A program made the position numbers and the translations under genes. This document shows positions 47,274 through 56,300 of a stretch of 64,000 nucleotides of DNA, piece by piece (position 1 is the first letter of the stretch; each line of letters begins with the position of its first letter). The notes under the pieces were generated by a model. It ran no database searches. It was not told the origin of the DNA and saw nothing but the letters and a program-made list of their open reading frames with translations. The stretch covers positions 151,740-215,739 of the forward strand of contig JAOMRN010000003.1 in the NCBI GenBank assembly GCA_028355015.1. Reading direction: 5' to 3'. The DNA is from Methanobacteriota archaeon. GTDB taxonomy: Archaea > Thermoplasmatota > Poseidoniia > Poseidoniales > Thalassarchaeaceae.

Positions 47274-50237
47274 GTGCAAGAGTCAAGGAATGTTCAACGG
47301 CGCGTCAAAACCGCGCAAATTGCTCTATTCTTAGCGTTATTAATGATGGCGCCTATTTATTCGGGTCAAACTTACGGTTCGGAGCTCGAAGAAACATATT
47401 CTGAACGCAATAATGTCGATGCGCCTATTGAACTTTACACACTATATTTAGCATCAGCCGACTCCACTACTGACGGCGACGGTTTGATTACAACAAAGAT
47501 TCCTGATTCAGGAGGCCAAGAAACATCGAGCGCTCTGGATGAAACAATAGAATTTATCAGTCAAGAGTTGTTATCTTCGATTGAAATATTTGGTAGACCC
47601 AATCAAGGTTCTAGTTCAGGTAGTTATTACTTGCCTTTAGATCTATTTTTGAAAGCAGTAGGGCCAAGTGGTTCATCAGTTGAGTGGACGATTAATATTA
47701 GAGCCGGTGGTTCATCAATAGGGCAGGCGGAATGGAGTACTGATGCCTGCAATACTGGAATTGGAAATAGTTGTAACTTTGATCATGAGGAGTTTGAAAT
47801 TGATATCGGTTCTAGTAGCTCATTTATGGTGCTTGAAGATGAGACTATTGAAGTAACAATTTCTGCAGAGATGTCCGGTTGTGACAGCAGTGGTAGCCCG
47901 TTCGGTAGTACATGTACGGCTGAAGTTGCTTGGAACGAGATAGATGGCGAGGCGACTCGCCATTCAGAAATAGAAGTTGAGACCAATGCCATTTCGAATA
48001 GCATAGTGGTATTACAGAGAGATGGGGACGAGATTTCAGAAGGTCCTGAGTTAGAATGGTACCCTAATGATATAATCGATCAAAGATCAATGCAGTTTAC
48101 ATTTGACGTCAAAAGTGCATTTGGAAGATATGACATTGATAGTGTGAGGTTATTACTCCGTGATTCCCAAGGCATCTATCGGATAGATAGAGAAATAAGT
48201 AATGATGACCCTGATATCGATGATACAAATGAAGGTATATTCGGGCATTATTCATGGACTTATCCAGGAGGAGTGCCGTCTGGCGAATATTCAGTTGAGT
48301 TAGAAGTTACTGACATTCAGGGTAATTTAGTATTAATTGATCATGAACCTGTTGAAATGCGTCAATTTGGAGTTTCCATTAATCACGGTCTAGATAGACA
48401 AACTGAATATATAGCACCTGGTGAAATCACTCCTATCCCTTTGCAATTAGTTCATAGGGGTGATTCAACTAAGTCTATGTTAGTCGAACTCGAAGTAATG
48501 ACTAATTTGGGTAGTTCTTGGTTGGTAGAGTTTGATTCAGACTCTAGTCTATATTCATTAGATGCCGGAGGGGATATACTAAATCCAATCTTAACCTTAC
48601 AAGCTCCTGATGATCTGACTGGTACCCCAAGTAGTATTGACATTAGAGCAGTCGCAGAGGCCGAGGTAGAAGGTGTCCAAACAGTAGTTCACCAAGAAAC
48701 TTTTAACATTATTTTAGAAAAAATAGGTGTTTTCCAACCCCCTGCTGTCTCTGTTTGGGATGAAGAACATGGTCTTCCAATTGCCAACTCTACTAGGCCA
48801 GATAGTGTTGACTACACAATACCAAGGTATGTAGAGTATGGGGAATTTACGCCCTTTTTACTTGAAATTTTTAATACTGGTTTTGATGCCGATGAATTCC
48901 GAATAGATGTTCTAAAACGTTCTAAATCAATCATTCAAGTCTATGATAACAATACAGGAGAAAGAATTCTCGAAGACGTAGGTGATGGTACATTCCATTC
49001 TTCTTATTTGGAACGTCATGATACGCAAGTATTGTTACTTAATATCAAGCCATCTAATGATCGTGCTGATGATGATTTAGGATTAATTGAAATTGAAGTA
49101 ACTAGTTCCGGAAATTCATCTCTAAGGAGTACTGTATTGTTCACTATACAGAGAACCTTTGGAATAAGGGCTGAAGTTACTTATGATTGCGACGGTTCTC
49201 CTCTTGGGCAGATAGAAGTATCTCAATGCTCCCCTGGTGACGATAATGCAGTTGTTGATTTACGTGCTAGAATAATTAGTAGTGCTAATTCGGGTGATAC
49301 GGCGCTTTGGTGGCGAATTCAAAACCCTGCTACTTTAGAAGAAAATCTCGATATTGATTCTAGATATGGGCAGTGGCAGTTTAGAATCGAAGATGGTAAT
49401 CAAGAAGCTGTCCCTCGTGTTTCATTAAGTCCTGGGGGATTCGTTGAAGTCGACGTAACTGTGACACTGACAACTCAGGTCGTGCAAGGTAATCATACTA
49501 TTTACCTTAGGATAATAGAGGATACAGAGGATTCCGAACCACGATATTTTGATTTACCTATGACATTTGAAATTGGTCCTGATTCCCCTAATTTAGAGAT
49601 TGTTCAGGTTACTGCAGATAGAAAACTACTCCCTGGCGAGGATTATTCTATCCAAATGAAAGTACAAAACGATGGGAATACTGAAATGACAATTCTTCTT
49701 GATGCTGAAGTTGATGAACCCGGTTGGGAAGTTTCTATTGAGGGCCCTTCAGGCTCAACTTTCATTCAATTAGCCGCATTTGAAGAAGTGAGTTTCAATC
49801 TGAAAGTAACAGTCCCTTCTGATGCGAATAATGGTGATAAAGTTCCTGTTTTAGTTACTGCAATGCCTCTTGCTTATGTTATCGACGGAACTTTAGATAC
49901 AAGCCAGAGTTGGGGTGATGAATATACTGCTAAGCAGACAGTCCAAATGACAGTAGATTTAGGTAATGTGGTAGACATAATTGTCAATGAACTGAGTCAT
50001 CCAAGGCCGCTAACTTTGATCATGCTACTCGTGGGCGTTTTGTTGATCATTGCTGGAATTCAGAGCAACATGAATCGCCGTAGATGGGCGAGTCACATGG
50101 CATTAATTGATTCTATGAATAAGGATGAATCTGATGACGAAGATGACGACATGGGGTCAATTTCTGAACCTGTAGAGGCGGTTGAAGAGTCCTATGATTC
50201 TGATCGTTATGATGACGACGATATCGAACTAGTCTGA
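47274..50237 (+). CDS. large secreted, membrane-anchored surface protein (COG1470/NEW3/CARDB-like beta-sandwich repeats)
   Basis: The track ORF starts at 47070 inside the antisense tRNA. The first plausible start is GTG 47274, ahead of the signal peptide RRVKTAQIALFLALLMMAPIYSG. C-terminal TM at about 50010-50070, then an acidic tail. Confidence 0.75.
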   Translation: MQESRNVQRRVKTAQIALFLALLMMAPIYSGQTYGSELEETYSERNNVDAPIELYTLYLASADSTTDGDGLITTKIPDSGGQETSSALDETIEFISQELLSSIEIFGRPNQGSSSGSYYLPLDLFLKAVGPSGSSVEWTINIRAGGSSIGQAEWSTDACNTGIGNSCNFDHEEFEIDIGSSSSFMVLEDETIEVTISAEMSGCDSSGSPFGSTCTAEVAWNEIDGEATRHSEIEVETNAISNSIVVLQRDGDEISEGPELEWYPNDIIDQRSMQFTFDVKSAFGRYDIDSVRLLLRDSQGIYRIDREISNDDPDIDDTNEGIFGHYSWTYPGGVPSGEYSVELEVTDIQGNLVLIDHEPVEMRQFGVSINHGLDRQTEYIAPGEITPIPLQLVHRGDSTKSMLVELEVMTNLGSSWLVEFDSDSSLYSLDAGGDILNPILTLQAPDDLTGTPSSIDIRAVAEAEVEGVQTVVHQETFNIILEKIGVFQPPAVSVWDEEHGLPIANSTRPDSVDYTIPRYVEYGEFTPFLLEIFNTGFDADEFRIDVLKRSKSIIQVYDNNTGERILEDVGDGTFHSSYLERHDTQVLLLNIKPSNDRADDDLGLIEIEVTSSGNSSLRSTVLFTIQRTFGIRAEVTYDCDGSPLGQIEVSQCSPGDDNAVVDLRARIISSANSGDTALWWRIQNPATLEENLDIDSRYGQWQFRIEDGNQEAVPRVSLSPGGFVEVDVTVTLTTQVVQGNHTIYLRIIEDTEDSEPRYFDLPMTFEIGPDSPNLEIVQVTADRKLLPGEDYSIQMKVQNDGNTEMTILLDAEVDEPGWEVSIEGPSGSTFIQLAAFEEVSFNLKVTVPSDANNGDKVPVLVTAMPLAYVIDGTLDTSQSWGDEYTAKQTVQMTVDLGNVVDIIVNELSHPRPLTLIMLLVGVLLIIAGIQSNMNRRRWASHMALIDSMNKDESDDEDDDMGSISEPVEAVEESYDSDRYDDDDIELV

Positions 50238-50238
50238 A

Positions 50239-50249
50239 TTTTCTTTTTT
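50239..50249 (+). terminator. oligo-T tract ttttctttttt just after the stop of the 987-aa protein gene
   Basis: Read directly from the sequence. Lies between the two giant genes. Confidence 0.4.
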
Positions 50250-50304
50250 AGTCGTCCGAACTACGCTCCATTCTTCTTAAGACCCCCATTAAACGCCACA
50301 GGTA

Positions 50305-53300
50305 TTGGAGAGGAGTAGTTTGCGGGTTGTATCTGTTAATTTTACTGATAGAATATTACTCCGCAAACGTCGCTCAGCGATTTTATTCACTTCAATTATG
50401 CTACTGGCTTCTTATTCTGCTATTGAGTTTGGGAGCTGGGAAGCCCTTGCTACTAGTGATGACGATGGAGACGGATTGACATACGGTCTAGAATTCATAA
50501 TCAATACACAACCACAGGATTGGGATAGTGACAACGACGGCCTCCCTGATGGGTGGGAATGGCAATATGGATTAGATCCGTTATCTCCTTCTGGAATTAA
50601 TGGATCAGTAGGTGACCCTGATTCTGATGCTTATACTAATCTAAATGAGTACTTGTATGGTATGCCAACAGGTTGGGATGATTTATCCACTGCAAATGTT
50701 TTGGATAATGGTGTTTGGTGGAATGGCACTGTGCCTGTTAGGAATTGGGATGAAGAAAGCGCTATGCAATTTTCACAGGGCACAGGTTCAGATGGTGCTG
50801 ATGAAGATCCAGTAGGAAATATTTGTTTCAATACTTTCGACGATGATAAAGATGGCTTAGTGGATAACTTCGACCCCGATGGTGATGGAGATGCAGACTG
50901 TTCAAGTGATGATGATGACGGTGATGGCCAAATAGACGAAGATCCAGATGGTTGGGATACAGATGGTGACGGTATGCCTGATGGTTGGGAAGTCGCAAAT
51001 GGTTTAGATCCAACTTCTGCTTCAAATTTAGATGGAACTTATGGTGACCCAGATGGAGATGGATTAATCAATTTATATGAATATGTTAATCCTACTTGGG
51101 GTACAAGAAATGGTTCGACAACTCCTCCGACTCAATATTTCCGCCCTGGTCCAGAAAACATGACTGCTACAGAATCTCCCTGTAATCCCGTTCTAGGGTT
51201 GGGTCCTGGAGGTTGTGCGATATTCACCGCCGAAGTCGACTCAATAACCCAAACGGATCCTCAGAATAACGATACTGATGGCGATGGGCTGAATGACTCT
51301 TACGAAGCATTAATTTTGCTAACGGATCCAACTGCTATCGATACAGATGGAGATGGCGTTAATGATGGTGTTGAAGTAAATGGGGCATATGGTGATCCTG
51401 CACAGGCTTCTGATCCAAGGAATAACAATACTGATGGCGATCAGTTTGATGATGGTGAAGAGGATATTAATGGCAATGGCATTGTTGATGCTAACGAAAC
51501 AGATCCAACCCGTGTTGAAGATCAAGGTGACTTTGATGGCGATGGTATTGATAATTGGGAAGAAAATTTGACTTGTACCAAATGGGATGTTGCTGATACT
51601 GACGGAGGTGGAGTTAATGATGGCGATGAATCTGCTATAGGTCATCAAACAGACCCATGCGTCAGTGAAATAATCATAGTTAAATCAGTAGTTAATTGGA
51701 ACCCTGCTTCATCAACCATTCAATTAAATTCTTCATTGGATCTTGATTTATCTCCCTCGGATTGGAGAGAAGAATTATCTCCAAATGCTGGACTTAAGCC
51801 GATGGCATACTTTGAGTTGAGTAATGGAAGCACAGTAGGTTTCCGTTACTCATCAGTAAATCTCGATACCTTAACTGACGTAGATGTGCCAATGCCTGCA
51901 ACAACCGTTGCAATTTTATTTTCAAATAACTCCTGGTGCTGGGACACCTCCGTACCTCTCAGCGAACCACACTGTGATGATGATTTCCTTGATTCAGATG
52001 GTGATGGCTTGGCTGACTGGGAAGAAATTCTAGCTACGTGGGGTTATGCTACTGATCCTAGCCTGTTTGATACTGATGGCGATGGAGTAGATGATCTAAC
52101 AGAAATATTCAATGAGACCGACCCTACTAATCCTTGCAGCAATCTCCTAGATACCGACGAAGATGGTTTGAACAATTATTTCGAGAATTCTACTGGTTGT
52201 GATTTAATCTTTGGTTTTGGAGGAAATGGGACTACTGATACTTACTTCACTCTATGGGATGATGCAGATACCGATGATGGTGGTGTAACTGATGGTCAAG
52301 AGTATCTCGATGGAACAAACCCTCAGAATAATTCTGCGGATGATCTTAATCCAATGGACTCTGATGGTGATGGTATACCAGACACGATTGAGCAAGCAAT
52401 TGGACTTGATTGGTTAAATCCAGATACTGATGGAGGGGGAGTTCCAGACGGTCAGGAATGCGGTCCTGATTTCTGGATTCTAAATTGTGTAGGGTCCGAT
52501 AGTGACCCTTTTGATCCTGCGGATGATATCGATGCGAATATGTTGATGTTCACTGCTACTAATAGTACTAGCGTAGACCTAGGGTTGCTTAGATACTGGA
52601 GATGGCACACATACGACACATATACTGGTATTTCTTTCGGTGTAAATACAAGTCTTGTAGGATATAGACCAGTGGGGGATAGCAATGAAAATGGATTTAC
52701 CCAAGGCGTTTCCCATATTTCTTTTTGGAATGACTCTGAACTTGATGACTGGGTCATAGAATATATGGATAGTGGAATACAGCCAGGTGATGAATTAATT
52801 GTACCCTACAATACAGTCAATTGGACTTCTTGGAGTGACTTCAGTGCTGGATTAAATTTTTCCAATTATACTAGAGATGTATTAGTTGATCAAGCAACAG
52901 TAGATTCTGTATTCATTAGTTCTCCAGATATCTTTTTCGGCCCCGAAATTCGCGAAAATACTACAATATTCTTTGGTAGTGATTATGCCAAGGATCTACC
53001 ACAGTCTTACATTGACAGACATAGTTCAGTCCCTAATTCTATTACACAAGCAGTACTGAGTGACTCTGGCGCATTTTCTGCATGGGAAAAAGTCGAAGCC
53101 ATACAAGATTTCTTGATTAATGGTAATAATACTACTACTTTTTTGCGAAATAATGACCCTGCAATTCTTGATGGTTTTGAATCAGAATCAGATGGTGATA
53201 TTACTTATGTCATCTTGAACAATACTAATGAAGGTAGTTGTGATCAATTCGCAACAGTTTTTGCAGTTATGCTTCGGCATGCTGGTTTCGCATCTAGAAA

Positions 53301-56300
53301 AGTCACTGGATTCTCAGGTGGCGAATGGAATGGTAAATCATACGAGGTTTACGGAAGTGATTTTACTACTTGGGTAGAAGTACAAATGCAAACCAATCAG
53401 AATCAGGGTAATGTTACGTTAGGATGGGTTCCATTTGAAGCGTGCCCACCACAAGCACTTGTTGAAGTAACTGATGAACAATGGGGCCCTTCAACATTTG
53501 ATAGAGATTTAACAAGCGGTGATATCTGGCTCAATGGTACATTACAATTCGTAGATAATGCTACTTTGGCAGAAAACGTTAGTATAACTCTATACCTTGT
53601 CCCTGGAAATGATACTAATTTAGTCCCTGGTTCTGCTGCCAAACCGATGCATCTAGTTGCAAATGGTTCAACAGATGCAAATGGCAGTTTTTCATTATTA
53701 GGTAAACCTTTTGATGCAATTAATCCCGGATATGGCGCTTTAGTATTACAAATTTTCGAGAAAGCTTATGTTGGTTCACAAGGAATTTCTTTTGATTGGA
53801 GATTAAACATTACTGATGATGCGAATACCTCATTCAGCTCCCCACCCCCAATAGAGCAACCGATGTTAGGAGTTGGTGTTAATTCGAGTGTTTCAGGTTA
53901 TTTAAATCTAGAAAATTCTCCTTATCCGGATGTTTCTCAAATTGATAGTCTCCAAGTAGTTTTGAACTACACTACAGTATCTGATGGGCCAGTAAGTATG
54001 ATCTCGAATATTGGTACAGGTGGATATTATGATTTCAATATACCTATTTCTGATACAGAGCCTTTAGGTTTGATTAATGCTTCAATTTCATTCCTTGGAT
54101 GGCATGAAGACGATCTAAATAATGCAACTAATCCTAGTTATCACATCAGGCCATATTCTGATAGTTTTATGTTCAATATTACTCCTGCTCCTAATCTTAC
54201 CTTGACTTTGGAGGGTATTGATGCTAACAACACATTTTTGGACATAGATTCACCCATATTCATCAATGGGACTGCTTTGAGTATTGGAAATACTCCTGAA
54301 GAATTAAATGGAACTCTTTTCCTTCAGATTAGAAGAAGTTCAACTAATGGTCCATATCAGACAATAAAGTCATGGTATCTTAACGATTCTAATTGGACAA
54401 CCTCTCCTGGTCAGTTCAACATAAGTTGGATATTTTCAGCGAGTGATGTCCCTATACCTGCTGGTCCTGTAGAAGTAAAGTTCCAGTTTGATGCAGAGGG
54501 TCTTTTCGCTAATGATCAAGTGAGTTACTTGACAGAATATGGGATAAGGAGTAATATCAGTGTATCTTATGATTTAGTCCCTCAATCTAGAGGTAATCAA
54601 GCATCAGTAGAAATTACCCTTACAGATCACACAAATACTTCTCTAGGGAATTTTATTGGCAGCTATGTCCTAGACTTTAATGGTACTTCAGTTTGGAATA
54701 TTACTGACCCAGATATACCTAAGATAACTCCTGTTTGGGTTCCTGAAGCAACCGCTCCTGCTGGAGATTACTCTTGGGTGTTGAACTTTTCAGGCAGTAC
54801 TTGGCTGAATCCATTTACTATTGTTGATGTAGTTAGGATTCAAGGGCAATCAGGTTCTACTGTGAATATAGGCAGTGAATGGACACCTAGAGGTACTTCT
54901 AACTGGGTCACAGGTTTCGCACAAGATAGAAACCTCCAAACTCCTGTAATAGGTAACAATTCATCGGTGTCAGTTCAAATTTTAGTTCCTTCAGATTTGC
55001 CTCCACTACCTGATGGTAGTCCACCTCCTGATGTATCGATTAGACTTGGTGGCGGCTTTATTGATACTTTAACAGGGGAATACAATATCTCGTTTTTCAT
55101 GCCAGAATACGTTTCTTCGGGTGTTTATGAGTTACGTGTATTCCTTGATTATGCAGTCAATGCTCCTGTTGGTGGAGAATATTACAAAGTTTCTGATGCA
55201 GATAGTATTTCTGTAGGTATCCAAACAGAAATGATTGTTGAAAACTCTCCATCTTCCTTAATCGTAGTAGCCGGTCAAAGTTTGATACTTAATGCTACAA
55301 TCACAGACATTGCGGATGGGTCTCCCATTCCAGATATTTCTGCAGATTTGATCTTTGATTCAGGCGGTCCATTAGAGCAAACTCTTGAGACTAACATAAC
55401 TTTCACGGATGGGATAGTCCGTTACAACCCTATAATTCCTGCAAATACTCCACCTGGTTATTACAATCTTTTAGTTTCAGCTCCTGATGATATATCTGAT
55501 AACTTAACTGCAGATAATGCTGGCCGCTGGCTTGGGAATGAAAGTTTATCTAATTTAACAGTCCAAGTATCTAGCCTGATTGATTTAAATCCATTATCTA
55601 CTGAGGTAGCAGCAGGCTCAGTATTTACTGTTTCAGGACAGGTACTGGATGCCGTAGACTCGAATCGAACAGTCGATGGGCCAATGGCTGTAGAGGTATT
55701 TTTCTTGAATGACCCTAGTGAAACTCTTATCACAAATTTTGTTACTACAATTAATGGTAGTTTCAATATAACAGTTCCAACAGATCCTTTGGGGGATGGT
55801 GTCAGTAGTGGGATAAAGACAGTCGTAGTCAGTGTAATAGAAGATAGTAGCCCATTCTATCTTACAGGAACCGGGAATGATACTATCTTAGTCAGAGGGA
55901 TTACAACATTCAGAGACAAGACTCCTTTACTCAACGTGGTAGTCGATAGAGGTACTAATGTGACATTGGGTGCGAGATTAGTAGAATCGAGTAATGACGA
56001 TTTAGCGTTAGAAGGATTAGATGTTTCTGCAGAATTCCATGATACATGGCTGAACGAAGTGACTTCTAATTCTCAAGGGCTAGTAAATTTCACATTCTTT
56101 ATCCCTAATGACCACCCATTAGGGCAAATAGATGTATTAATGTACTTTAATGGTTCAAGTACTTTGTACAATACTTTGACTCTAATATCTACAATTACTG
56201 TACGTTCTCCAACATTTATTACAGTTGATAATATCACAGATAATCCAGCCGCAGGAGAATCATTTAATGTCACCGGGACTTTAACTTCAAATAATGGGAG

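Noticed and set aside
50828-51648. His-rich (50828-51025) and Ile-rich (51319-51648) antisense ORFs, plus a 63-aa sense alternative-frame ORF
   Set aside because: They are artefacts of the periodic GAT/GGT/GAC codons of the TSP3-like repeats in the giant gene.
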